DNA of 64,000 nt, taken from an uncultured candidate division Zixibacteria bacterium (GTDB taxonomy: Bacteria > Zixibacteria > MSB-5A5 > GN15 > FEB-12). This document shows positions 41,030 to 50,863 of this stretch, piece after piece. Location of the stretch: NCBI GenBank assembly GCA_963664195.1, contig OY760907.1, positions 1,568,001 through 1,632,000 on the forward strand, written 5' to 3'. Position 1 is the first letter of the stretch, and each line of letters begins with the position of its first letter. Under the pieces are notes generated by a model, which saw only the letters and a list, made by a program, of their open reading frames with translations, searched no databases and had not been told where the DNA came from. Made by a program: the position numbers and the translations under genes.

Positions 41030-42157
41030 ATGTCCATAATGATGGAAGTCATTGAATGGGTTGACCCTACCGGCAACGAAATGATCTATCGGATTCCCCA
41101 GGAAGGATCGGCCGACTTCAAACTCGGCGCCCAGCTAATCGTCCGGGACAGCCAGATGGCCATGTTCTTCAAGGACGGTCACGCCGCCGATTCCTTCACC
41201 ACCGGGCGGCATACGCTTTCGACGTTAAACGTCCCGATTTTGACTCGCCTGCTCGCCTTCCCGTTCGGGTTTAACTCCCCCTTCCGGGCCGAGGCGTATT
41301 ACGTCAACCTCAAGGTTTTCACCGACCTTAAATGGGGCACCAAACATCCCGTGACGTTCAAAGATTCCAAGCTCGGATTGATCCGGCTTCGCGGCCACGG
41401 CGCGTTTACAATGCGTATCAAGGAACCGGTGCTGTTCTTGAATTCAATCGTCGGACGTCAGGCCAAATACACCACCGCGCATATTCAGGATTACCTTCGC
41501 GATGTCATCATCGCGCGGATGAACGACCTTCTCGGCGAAGACCTCGATACGATCCTCGACCTGCCGGCGATCTACACCGAGTTGGCGGAGAAATTCAAAG
41601 TCATCGTCAAAGACGAGTTCGAGAAGTACGGCCTTGAGTTGGTCGATTTCTATATCGCCTCGATCACGCCTCCGGAGGAAGTCTCCAAGATGATCGACCA
41701 GCGTTCCGGTATGGAAGCGGTTGGCGATGTCGACAAGTTCATGAAGTTCGAAATGGCCAAGGGCCTCGGGGCTTCGGGCGGCGCGGCATCGACCGGTGCG
41801 GGTCTTGGCATGGGGGCCGGCGTCGGCATTATGATGCCGGGCATGCTCAACAAAGTCTTCTCGCCGGAACAGCGGGAATTGAAACGAGAGCCGGTGGAAA
41901 CCGTCACCTGTCCGAAATGTCATACCGACACGCCGGAGCAGTCACGCTATTGTTACCGTTGCGGCCACCAGATGATTGCGCAGAATTCCTGCCCGTCGTG
42001 CAGCCACGCGTTGCCGACCGAGGCGAGTTTCTGCATGCACTGCGGTTTCAAGCTGGACACCAAGTTGACCTGCCCGCATTGCTCGGCGGAATTGATTCCG
42101 GGTTCAAAGTTCTGTGGCGAATGCGGCAAGGCGGCAGATGCTGACAGCGACAAGTAA
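41030..42157 (+). CDS. SPFH (band-7-like, YdjI-type) protein with C-terminal double zinc ribbons
   Basis: GAQLIVRDSQMAMF, GRHTLSTLNVP, SPFRAEAYYVN, KWGT, three CxxC...CxxCG ribbons. Confidence 0.88.
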   Translation: MSIMMEVIEWVDPTGNEMIYRIPQEGSADFKLGAQLIVRDSQMAMFFKDGHAADSFTTGRHTLSTLNVPILTRLLAFPFGFNSPFRAEAYYVNLKVFTDLKWGTKHPVTFKDSKLGLIRLRGHGAFTMRIKEPVLFLNSIVGRQAKYTTAHIQDYLRDVIIARMNDLLGEDLDTILDLPAIYTELAEKFKVIVKDEFEKYGLELVDFYIASITPPEEVSKMIDQRSGMEAVGDVDKFMKFEMAKGLGASGGAASTGAGLGMGAGVGIMMPGMLNKVFSPEQRELKREPVETVTCPKCHTDTPEQSRYCYRCGHQMIAQNSCPSCSHALPTEASFCMHCGFKLDTKLTCPHCSAELIPGSKFCGECGKAADADSDK

Positions 42158-43628
42158 AAAGCCGCGCTCAGGCTTTTTCATCGGGGTCGGCTGTCCCGGG
42201 TGCGGGGGAGACCTGGAGCTTGACTCTGATTTCTTTGTTATTGACTGCAAGTACTGCGGGTCGGTGCTTCGGGTATTGAAACCGGACAGCCCGGTAGCGT
42301 ACATGATCCCGAACCGGCTGACCGAAACCGAGGCGCGGTTTCATCTCGACCGTTATCTGAAAGAGCGGGGTGAACCGCTCACCGGCGGCAGTGTGATGAT
42401 CAAGAAGCTGTACTATCCGTATTGGAAAGTTGACGGCACCTTGCTCAAGCTGCGCAACAAGACCGAGCGCAAGACGATCTACTCTGAGACCGATTCGACG
42501 ATTCAGCATACAACCGAAACCAATCGCAGTGACCTCTCGTTGTCGCCGTATTCGATTACGGTGGGAGCGGGGGCGCGGATGCCCTCGGTGCCGGAATCAC
42601 TGGGAGTCCGCGCCGAGACGGTGACAGTCAAGCCGTTTGCGTCGGAGAATGTCGAGGGCGATTTCGATGCCCTCCCGATTCTCCGCCCGTGGGAGCGGGT
42701 CCGGAAACGGCTGGACTTGTCGCTGGCGACAATCGGTGACATCGACCAGGCAGATTTCGGCAAGAACCTGACACGGCTGTTCGATCCGGTCTTCTCGCTC
42801 GTCTATTTCCCGTACTTCCTGGTAGAGTCCTACGATCCGTCCTACCGGCGGTTTGCGCTCGAGGGACTTACCGGTCGCGTGGCCGGGACGGTGGGAGCGC
42901 AACCCATGCAGCAACCGGCGGATTGGGATGAGATGGACGGCAAGGTGATGAAAGATGCCTCGTATCGACTGGACAAAGCCGAGGTTGATGCCGACGAGGA
43001 GATTTTCGAAGAACCGCCGGAAATATCGTTTGGAGAGCTTGAGGTTGATTTCCATCGCTGCACCAACTGTGGTGTGGATTTGCCGCCGTCGCTTTCGTGG
43101 GTGTATATCTGTCACAACTGCCATCAGTTGAAAATGCTCGAAAAAGGCGACTATCAGCTTTCGTCAATCGATATCGCCGAGCATGAGGAATCCCCGAACA
43201 CGACGCTTGTCCCGTTCTGGTGGCTTCGTCTACCGGAAGAACAGGCAGTTAAGTTCCGCACGTTGATGGGCGGACTTGGAACGCCCGACAAGATAGTGAT
43301 CCCGGCGTTACGCTCTCAAAACTACGAAGCGCTGCACCGTCTGGCAAAACGGATGACCGCCGCAAGTCTCAAGATGCCGGTGACTACCGTCGACGAACTC
43401 GACGACAGATTCCTTAATGTACGCGTCAGCTTGACCGAGGCAATCGCGCAGGCGGAAGTTATCATCACGCGGGAGATGATCAATCTTGGTCGACGCGGCG
43501 ATGAGGCGGTGATGGAACTGACGCCGCTCGAGGTCGGATTGCTGTACGTTCCGTTCAGGGCTGAGAATTACTTCTTTGTCGATACTGTACTCGGTGCGGT
43601 GAGCATGGAGAAGACGCTGCTGGAGTAG
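42138..43628 (+). CDS. Zinc-ribbon protein with internal duplication, partner of the SPFH protein
   Basis: CPGCGG...CKYCGS, LYYPYW, LVYFPYF; second CTNCG...CHNC, LVPFW, LLYVPF; overlaps the upstream gene. Confidence 0.7.
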   Translation: MLTATSKKPRSGFFIGVGCPGCGGDLELDSDFFVIDCKYCGSVLRVLKPDSPVAYMIPNRLTETEARFHLDRYLKERGEPLTGGSVMIKKLYYPYWKVDGTLLKLRNKTERKTIYSETDSTIQHTTETNRSDLSLSPYSITVGAGARMPSVPESLGVRAETVTVKPFASENVEGDFDALPILRPWERVRKRLDLSLATIGDIDQADFGKNLTRLFDPVFSLVYFPYFLVESYDPSYRRFALEGLTGRVAGTVGAQPMQQPADWDEMDGKVMKDASYRLDKAEVDADEEIFEEPPEISFGELEVDFHRCTNCGVDLPPSLSWVYICHNCHQLKMLEKGDYQLSSIDIAEHEESPNTTLVPFWWLRLPEEQAVKFRTLMGGLGTPDKIVIPALRSQNYEALHRLAKRMTAASLKMPVTTVDELDDRFLNVRVSLTEAIAQAEVIITREMINLGRRGDEAVMELTPLEVGLLYVPFRAENYFFVDTVLGAVSMEKTLLE

Positions 43629-43661
43629 GGCGGCATCATGTCCCGACGTTCAAGTCAGTCA

Positions 43662-44315
43662 TCAGGGTTGTCGGGAGCGGAAGTAGGCTTGCATTGCCGG
43701 CTTGAATCGACTGTCAAAGTCTTGTCTGACTATTTCCTCAGCAATAAACGGGTATTTGTCTCGGACTTGTTCGATAGTGCATCTGTCGCAAGCGTATTGG
43801 GCTATGATGGCGATGCGTTGGTTTATGTAATCGTCGTCGTCGTTTAATTGGAGCCGGGCGATTGTCGCATTGATTGGGTTCACAGCCCATACAGGCACAG
43901 TATCGCCAGCCCGAACATAAAACGTATAGAAGTCGATCGTGAACCACCCGTTCTGGATGCCAAAGGGATCAACTACATCGAGGGAATCTGATTTTCGTTG
44001 ATTAAGTCTCGCACGGCAGAGTCTGAAGTTGCTCCATTCGTATGCAGCCTGAGGAGACTTGGATTTAGGAATAAAGTGGTCCACCGAAGAGCGGTCCAAT
44101 CCTCTGTCGACAGGGCCCCGCGGTGTCCAAGAGGCACTATAAGCACAGATGCCGCCATAGCGAGAATGCAGATCATCGAGTATCTCTCGCCAATACGAGT
44201 GTCTCGAGAACTGGTGTGATGTGGGTGTCGGGTGAACGCGGAGATACGCTCTGCCTCTGGCTCTGACTTTGGTTTCGTAGTGAGGAGGAGGTGCAGAAGG
44301 AGTAACTCGAATCAC
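43662..44315 (-). CDS. HNH endonuclease (PtuB/retron-associated-like)
   Basis: YGGICAYS, SVDHFIPKS, AYEWSNFRLCRARLNQRK, VVDPF, NATIARLQLN; overlaps the ATPase stop by 4 nt. Confidence 0.82.
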   Translation of the reverse strand: MIRVTPSAPPPHYETKVRARGRAYLRVHPTPTSHQFSRHSYWREILDDLHSRYGGICAYSASWTPRGPVDRGLDRSSVDHFIPKSKSPQAAYEWSNFRLCRARLNQRKSDSLDVVDPFGIQNGWFTIDFYTFYVRAGDTVPVWAVNPINATIARLQLNDDDDYINQRIAIIAQYACDRCTIEQVRDKYPFIAEEIVRQDFDSRFKPAMQAYFRSRQP

Positions 44316-46177
44316 AGGTCAACTCCGTGCTTCTGCGCAAAGAACACCCACCGTGCCCAGAATTGGTCTTCAGGAGGCAATGCTACAGTAAGTTCCTCTG
44401 TGATTTCTCGTATGTCGTCAGTGCTGGGGCTTTCCATTTTCTGCAATGCAATCGCCCGATCAATGAGTCTCTCTGCCTCAGATGACCTTGCGTGGCCGAG
44501 GTCAAAGATGTCGGAAGTTAGCCAAGAGTCTACTCGACCAAAAGGAAGGAATGGGACTTCCGAAAAGGTCACTTTGCCATTCGACGATTTGCTCAGGTGG
44601 AATAGCTTGTCCACAGAAGTGTCGAAGATAGTCTCCGCTGATGCGAGCACCAAAGGCGAGTGCGTTGCGATCAGGAGTTGCAGGTCTAGCGTTGTGCTGA
44701 GCAAGCGAGCGACATCCAGAAGTGCAGGCAGGATAATCCTCTGCCAACGCGGATGAAGGTGAACTTCCATCTCATCCACCAGAATGACCATGCGGTTCTC
44801 GCTTTTGAGACCGAAGTTCTCTGCGGCTATTCGATGCTCATTCCAAGCCCACACCGTCAGATATGCCAGAGTTATGATATGCCGTACGCCTGCGGATTCG
44901 TGTATGATTGGAACTTCGCCGTACCCATGCTTTATCGTAGGAATCTCTCGCGTGTCGAATGGCAGTCGGACAGATTCGCCGGGCACAAGCGGTCCCATTT
45001 CAGGCGGGGACATCCTGGCCAAGACCTTCAGAAAGGTATCGTAAGGAAACCGATCTGGGTTGTCCTGCCACTTCGTCCAGTCACGGATGAGTCCCTCGAT
45101 GCGCCGGTTTTCACCATCCCATACCTGTTCTCTGTCGAAGACCAGAATACCTTCTTCTTCTGGTTTCGTCTGGCGTCCGACTGGATCCCAAACGGCGTAT
45201 GACCCGTCAACCCGTGCGTATACCACTAGTCCCGATAAGGTTGCCCGATTTCGAGGGGGAGGCCACTCGCCTCTCTTGGCGGAGTACGAAACAGACTGTG
45301 GCTTGCCAATGGTTGCCCCAGAAACTTGGTACTTGATCTGACCTCGTGGGGCTGATTGCTGCTTTCTGTTCGGATAGGCTGGGTTACCGGCCCACTTCCC
45401 GGTGAGTGCCCACCAAGCGATTTCAAGCAGAAACGTCTTCCCCAGACCATTGTCACCCGTGATCAGATTAAGCCTTTGGGCCGGTTCCAGCCTAAGATTG
45501 TCAATGGGACCGACGTTGTCCATCTCTAAGTAAGTGAGAATCCCTCCTCGGTCAGGTCCGACATCAGGCGGCGGCGAGAACTCGGCAACGATTTCCTTCC
45601 ACCCTACAGGGGCATTTTGAAAGGACTCTTCTTCGGTTAGATTCGAGTCGTACGCGTTCGCGAAAAGACTCTTCTTCTCGTCTTCAGAGATGTTGAACAG
45701 ATTCCAGAATCGATCGATGATCGTCTTGCGCGAATCGTCCTCTTCCCAGTTTTCGCCTCTGAAAAGCCAGACGGCTAGATGGTAGGCAGGTATCCTTGCC
45801 CCCATGAGAGTCCCCTTCAGGAACTGGACATATCCTTCCTGCCATCCCCACGTCTTTGACTTGCGGGGGTGAATGAAAGCGTCCCTGAAACTGGTTGTGT
45901 TCAGTTTCTGCAGACCCTTGCTGGCGTAGTCCTTTCGCAGCCAGAGCTGCCTCGCATTATTGTACCTGAAAACCCGAAAGAAGGACTCTGATCTTGGATC
46001 CAAGGAGTAGTAGTCTCGGAGAAACGACTGATTGATAGCATCCAAGCTCACTTCTTCCGTTGAGCCCACAGGCAAGCGGTGTCGCTTAGCGGCCAGGAAT
46101 GTCAGGCCGAAGAACTGATTGTATCCTGCCAACTGATTCAGCGACTCAAGTATCTGACGTTTGCTTAGGTACTTCAT
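44312..46177 (-). CDS. ABC/AAA_21-type ATPase (PtuA-like) with an extra N-terminal domain of about 210 aa
   Basis: LNLITGDNGLGKT, signature-like ESAG, Walker B ILVDEMEVHLHPRWQR, H-loop ATHSP. Confidence 0.85.
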   Translation of the reverse strand: MKYLSKRQILESLNQLAGYNQFFGLTFLAAKRHRLPVGSTEEVSLDAINQSFLRDYYSLDPRSESFFRVFRYNNARQLWLRKDYASKGLQKLNTTSFRDAFIHPRKSKTWGWQEGYVQFLKGTLMGARIPAYHLAVWLFRGENWEEDDSRKTIIDRFWNLFNISEDEKKSLFANAYDSNLTEEESFQNAPVGWKEIVAEFSPPPDVGPDRGGILTYLEMDNVGPIDNLRLEPAQRLNLITGDNGLGKTFLLEIAWWALTGKWAGNPAYPNRKQQSAPRGQIKYQVSGATIGKPQSVSYSAKRGEWPPPRNRATLSGLVVYARVDGSYAVWDPVGRQTKPEEEGILVFDREQVWDGENRRIEGLIRDWTKWQDNPDRFPYDTFLKVLARMSPPEMGPLVPGESVRLPFDTREIPTIKHGYGEVPIIHESAGVRHIITLAYLTVWAWNEHRIAAENFGLKSENRMVILVDEMEVHLHPRWQRIILPALLDVARLLSTTLDLQLLIATHSPLVLASAETIFDTSVDKLFHLSKSSNGKVTFSEVPFLPFGRVDSWLTSDIFDLGHARSSEAERLIDRAIALQKMESPSTDDIREITEELTVALPPEDQFWARWVFFAQKHGVDL

Positions 46178-46189
46178 TCATAACACCCT

Positions 46190-47053
46190 TCAGATCGTTG
46201 CCCGTATGTAATCACAGAAATCCGGATTCAACTCAACACCAATGGCGGGACAACCGCGATCTAACGCGACATGGAGTGTTGTGCCTGAACCGGCAAACGG
46301 ATCTAGTACAACCCCGCCTTCTGGACATCCTATACTGAGACACCTCTCTACCAGTTCTTCTGGGAACGGTGCAGTGTCCGTCTTACCGTTGTTCTTCGAC
46401 CTGGGAGGAATCGTCCAGACGTCTTCATCAATGTTCTGAACTAGCAGACCTTTTCTGTCGAAATAGTATCGTCGGTCCTTGGCAAACATGAAAACGAATT
46501 CATAGCTTCTGCGGGGTCTATCCATGACCGATTCAGGCAGACACTTGTCGCGGTGCCAGATAATCGGGCTTCGTAGGACCCAGTCCTTTTCACACATCCG
46601 GAGCGCCACACGCCATGGAATGCCAATGATCGACTTGCGCTGGAACCCTACGTCCAAGCCTCCACTTTTGTCCACAGCTCGTAGTCCGAACCTCCTCTTT
46701 TTGCTTTTCTTGTCCCGTCCGTGTGATCGGCCCTTTCCAGAGTAGTATGTATCGCCTATGTTCAAGAAGAGCGTCCCTCCTGTCTTCAGAACGCGTTGAA
46801 CTTCGGTCATCACTTCGCAGATACTTGTGACGTACGCTTCCACGGTCTCTTCCAGTCCGATCTGTCCTTCAACTCCATAGTCACGCAACCAGAAGTAGGG
46901 GGGAGATGTGACTACGCAGTCAACTGTCTCGCTCTGTAGTCGTTTCAGAGAGGTCGCGGCGTCACCCTGAAACAGCCTCCACCGCGTGCCATGTGAGTCT
47001 GTACCCTTGTGCTCTCTTGGTGCTGATTTGTCTGTATTCAATACGCTATCCAT
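46190..47053 (-). CDS. Beta-class N4-cytosine/N6-adenine DNA methyltransferase
   Basis: Motif IV VTSPPY before motif I VLDPFAGSGTT; LFLNIGD, APFPEELV. Confidence 0.9.
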   Translation of the reverse strand: MDSVLNTDKSAPREHKGTDSHGTRWRLFQGDAATSLKRLQSETVDCVVTSPPYFWLRDYGVEGQIGLEETVEAYVTSICEVMTEVQRVLKTGGTLFLNIGDTYYSGKGRSHGRDKKSKKRRFGLRAVDKSGGLDVGFQRKSIIGIPWRVALRMCEKDWVLRSPIIWHRDKCLPESVMDRPRRSYEFVFMFAKDRRYYFDRKGLLVQNIDEDVWTIPPRSKNNGKTDTAPFPEELVERCLSIGCPEGGVVLDPFAGSGTTLHVALDRGCPAIGVELNPDFCDYIRATI

Positions 47054-47446
47054 CGCTCACTTATATCTAAAGTTGGCTGCTTGACTACGAACGTAGGGTT
47101 TATCCCTTGTCTCCCTGATTGTGTGCCGTGCACCCAGCGTTCATTCCGCGTATTCATGGTCGATGCTGTGCGGTCACAGTGGATCCTCCAATCTAGTCGA
47201 CAACAAGATAGCGTATCTGCGAGCGTTGTCGATTACAAACTTCAGCATCTGCCGATTTTCTGAGGGAGATACTTTGTGGGTTAGGGTTGTATCCGCAGTG
47301 CGTTCAATGACTTGCATTTAAGTGCGTTGGACTGGACCCTAGGCTAGGGCATGGTGCCATCAACCTACACGAATACACGGCGCCGCGATACCCCGGAAGA
47401 CGGGATATACGACGATATTGAAAGGGGCGAAGATATCGCCCCTTTC

Positions 47447-47830
47447 CTAGTACTCTTCCGGCTGCGCGCCGCTGATCGACAACCAGCGATCATCAAACGA
47501 CGTGTCCTGGATAAACCGCTCGATCAGATCGGTGTGCTCCGGCGTTACGTTGACCAACTCAATGCCGGTGTCGAAGCTCTTCGGGCGGTCTCCCTCGCGA
47601 CTCCAGACGACATGACCGTCGAACGATACTTCCTTGGTGTCGGCGACTGTGCGAGGCAGAGTCATTTTGAACTGATGTACCGTGCTCGGCTCGAGCCACT
47701 CCGGACCGCGGAGCTTCATACTCATTGTGGTCATGTCCATCACGCGGCCAACCGATGACTCGGTTTCGCGTTCGAAAACTTTGACGAAAGACATAACCCG
47801 CATGCGCTTGAGTTTCCTTTCCTCAGTCAT
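47447..47830 (-). CDS. PilZ-domain protein
   Basis: ERKLKR (RxxxR-like), GRVMDMTTMSMKL (degenerate DxSxxG), GHVVWSR, TGIEL. Confidence 0.75.
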   Translation of the reverse strand: MTEERKLKRMRVMSFVKVFERETESSVGRVMDMTTMSMKLRGPEWLEPSTVHQFKMTLPRTVADTKEVSFDGHVVWSREGDRPKSFDTGIELVNVTPEHTDLIERFIQDTSFDDRWLSISGAQPEEY

Positions 47831-48341
47831 ACCTGAGCTCCCTTCTATGGTAGAGACAGGACGACCGGTCGGTCAGGCCAAGTCATAGCCAGACAGAAAA
47901 CTCACCCTGTCTTATGCTTTGCCGGTCAACAGAACTACGTGGCGTGTTCTTGTGCACGCCCAGTCGGCGTTTGCGATACGGACTCGCCTCGTGAAGCGCA
48001 ATCGGGGGGTGTCACGGACAGTTACCGGAGCAGATAGACCACGTTGTCAAAGGTGCTACGGGCGCAATGTGGGCGGCATTTGACCTGTTACCCGTGATTA
48101 CGCGATCACCGGGGCCACCATGGAGTACCTAACCCATGGTAAGTCAACGCCTTACGGGGGCGCACGCGCCGTAATCGTAAATGACTACATTCTACGTATC
48201 GGCTGTGCCTGAGGGGTCGAAAACTACCGGAATGAAGTGTTTGACAGGATTTGGTCTGATTTCAAGGTTTTGACGAGAAACGTCAGGTTTGGTCCGGCCC
48301 AAACAAGTTTGAACCGGCCACCCAACACCGTATTGCGTCTC

Positions 48342-49241
48342 TTAGCCGAACGTTACGAGGAATAACCCGCCTACTCCAAGCAGGATACCGGCCACTCTAA
48401 GCGGCGTGATTTTCTCGCGCAGGAAGATCGCCGCAAAAATGAAGATAAATATGTTGCTCGTCTGGTTGAGAGCAGCCGCGGTCGAGGCCTGTGTGTATTT
48501 CATGCCGGCGATCCAGAGGACCATCGCCAGGTACCCCCCGACGAATGATCCGAAAAACGTGTGTACGAACCGTTTCGGATGAGCAATGGATTTGATGATA
48601 GCCCGCCTCCGGGGATAAAACGGCAGGGCCAGAAGAAGGCTCAGCCCGCCGCCAATTATCCGCCACTCGGAGGCCCAGATCAAGGGAGAGCGATCCAACA
48701 GCGGCTTGACCATCACAATGCCCACCGCCATGGTGGCCATCGCCAACGTTCCCCAGAGGATGCCGAAAAGTATCTGGCGACGGTCGACGGCATGTTTGCC
48801 GTTGGTCTCGGAGACGGCGGTCAAGACAGCTGAGACGATCATCGCCGCCCCAACCGCCTGGATAAACGAAAGCGACTCTCCGATCCAGAGGATCGAGAGC
48901 CCGATGATAAACGGACTGTACAGGCAGTCGACAATAGCCGAAAGTCCGGCACCGAGGGCGTTGAGGCTCTTGAAAAACAACGTGTCGGCAATGCCAATAC
49001 CCAGGACGCCGCTCAACAGAAGCAGGAGATAATCTTCGATAGGAGCCGGCCGGAGCAGACTCTCGCCGAAGAGCCAGGCAGTCGGAACAAGCAGCACAGC
49101 AGCCAACATCACCTTGAACAAGTTCAGCCCCACCGGGTGGACTTCCTCACCGCTCTTTTTGAACATGATGACGGCCAGTGCCCAGATGATAGCGGTGAGA
49201 AGCGCGGTTGCCTCGCCGAGATGTGCGCTAATTGTCTCCAT
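48342..49241 (-). CDS. DMT/EamA family transporter
   Basis: About 10 TMs in two repeats; SGVLGIGIADTLFF, FLREKIT. Confidence 0.88.
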   Translation of the reverse strand: METISAHLGEATALLTAIIWALAVIMFKKSGEEVHPVGLNLFKVMLAAVLLVPTAWLFGESLLRPAPIEDYLLLLLSGVLGIGIADTLFFKSLNALGAGLSAIVDCLYSPFIIGLSILWIGESLSFIQAVGAAMIVSAVLTAVSETNGKHAVDRRQILFGILWGTLAMATMAVGIVMVKPLLDRSPLIWASEWRIIGGGLSLLLALPFYPRRRAIIKSIAHPKRFVHTFFGSFVGGYLAMVLWIAGMKYTQASTAAALNQTSNIFIFIFAAIFLREKITPLRVAGILLGVGGLFLVTFG

Positions 49242-49517
49242 GTCTCCTTATCTGTTCCCAACCCTCGAAATAGTGAAAGCGGAATGTAACCTAAATCCCC
49301 AATCTGTCAAGGGCATTGCGGCTGGCAGGCCTTGCAGCCGGATGGCCACATTCCGTGGGCGGCAAGTGATAATCTGCCCCAGGCCAGATGCTGTATATCT
49401 ACTTTCGGTTATTCACCAGGCACACTATTGTGTGCCGCGCACGGGTGTGCAGTGTGCCTTCCCGTCTTACGGACTCTTCGGCGTGCCGAATACTTGGACT
49501 TGAGAAGGAGGAGCTTG

Positions 49518-50759
49518 CTACTTAGACAAGGCCGCGGCCTGGCCTGCGAGCCAGCCGGTCGAGAAAGCAGCCTGAAGATTGTATCCTCCCGTGTCGGCGT
49601 CGATGTCGAGAACCTCACCTGCGAAATACAATCCCCCGATTAGCTTCGACTCAAGCGTTTTCGGGTTGACCTCTTTGGTGCTGACGCCTCCGGCGGTTAT
49701 GATAGCCTCGTCCCAGTTGCGGTGGCTCGTGATATCGAATCGGAAATCCTTCAGCCACAGACGAAGCTTCTTGCGGTCGTCGGACGTTATCTGGTTACCC
49801 GGACGGTCTGCAGGGATGCCGGTCAGATCCATGCAGACCGGGATGAGCTTGCGCGGAAGCAAATCGATCAGCAGATTCTCGAACTGACGTTTTGGATGGG
49901 CCGCGAAATCGCGAAGAAGACGCGCGTCGAGCTTCTTGTCATCGAGCGCCGGTTTGAGATCCAGCGAGACTGACACCTTGCGGTCTTCTTCAAGCGCTTC
50001 GACAATGCCACGGCTCAGCGTAAGAATAATCGGACCGGACAAACCAAAGTGCGTGAACAGCATTTCACCGGCGGCACGGCCGGTCTTTTTGCTGTCGATC
50101 CAAACCGACACGGATACGTTGCGAAGGCTCAGCCCTTGCAGTCTTTGAGCGACATCGCCGGCAGTCTCAAGCGGCACCAGTGCCGGACGGATCGGCGCAA
50201 TCGTGTGCCCGACCGATTCAGCGAGACGGTACCCGTCGCCGGTGGACCCCGTCCCCGGATACGAAACGCCGCCGGTAGCGATGATCACGGCGTTGGCATC
50301 GATTTCATGGTTCCCGGTCTTCACGCCGATTACACGATTGTCCGCAACGCGAAGACCGCTAACCGACACACCCGTTTTCGTCTGTACGCCCAGACGTCTG
50401 TTCCATTGGATGAGTGCCTCAACTACTTCGGTTGCTTTTTCGCTTGCCGGGAAGACCCTTCCGCCTCGTTCGGTGACGGTTTCCACCCCGAGTTCACCCA
50501 GCAGTTCCAGCAGATCAGCAGAGAAGAAGCGTGAGAACGCCTGCCGAAGGAACCGACCGCCCTTGCCGAAGTGATCTACGAAGTCCCTCAGTTCGGCGAT
50601 ATTGGTCAGATTGCATCGACCCTTGCCAGTGATTCGCAATTTACGACCGGGCTGGTTCATCTTCTCAAGGAGAATGACCCGTGCCCCGTCGGTGGCCGCT
50701 TTTCCGGCCGCCAGCAATCCTGCGGCACCGGCTCCGATGACGATTATCGTTGACTTCAT
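49518..50759 (-). CDS. HI0933/BaiN-family flavoprotein
   Basis: GAGAAG, GRKLRITGKGRCNLTN, GRVFP, ATGGVSYPGTGSTGDGY, GEVLDIDADTGGYNLQAAFSTG. Confidence 0.93.
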   Translation of the reverse strand: MKSTIIVIGAGAAGLLAAGKAATDGARVILLEKMNQPGRKLRITGKGRCNLTNIAELRDFVDHFGKGGRFLRQAFSRFFSADLLELLGELGVETVTERGGRVFPASEKATEVVEALIQWNRRLGVQTKTGVSVSGLRVADNRVIGVKTGNHEIDANAVIIATGGVSYPGTGSTGDGYRLAESVGHTIAPIRPALVPLETAGDVAQRLQGLSLRNVSVSVWIDSKKTGRAAGEMLFTHFGLSGPIILTLSRGIVEALEEDRKVSVSLDLKPALDDKKLDARLLRDFAAHPKRQFENLLIDLLPRKLIPVCMDLTGIPADRPGNQITSDDRKKLRLWLKDFRFDITSHRNWDEAIITAGGVSTKEVNPKTLESKLIGGLYFAGEVLDIDADTGGYNLQAAFSTGWLAGQAAALSK

Positions 50760-50863
50760 ATTGATGCAGAAGCTAACCGACACCGCCTGCAAGGGCAAGC
50801 GGTTACTTTGGTTGCGCTATCGGTTGAATTCTGCTCGAGAACGCCTATATTCGTAAAAGGAAT

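Noticed and set aside
43662..47330. Type I retron (ATPase + HNH + RT + msr/msd)
   Set aside because: No reverse transcriptase ORF and no convincing a1/a2 inverted repeats upstream
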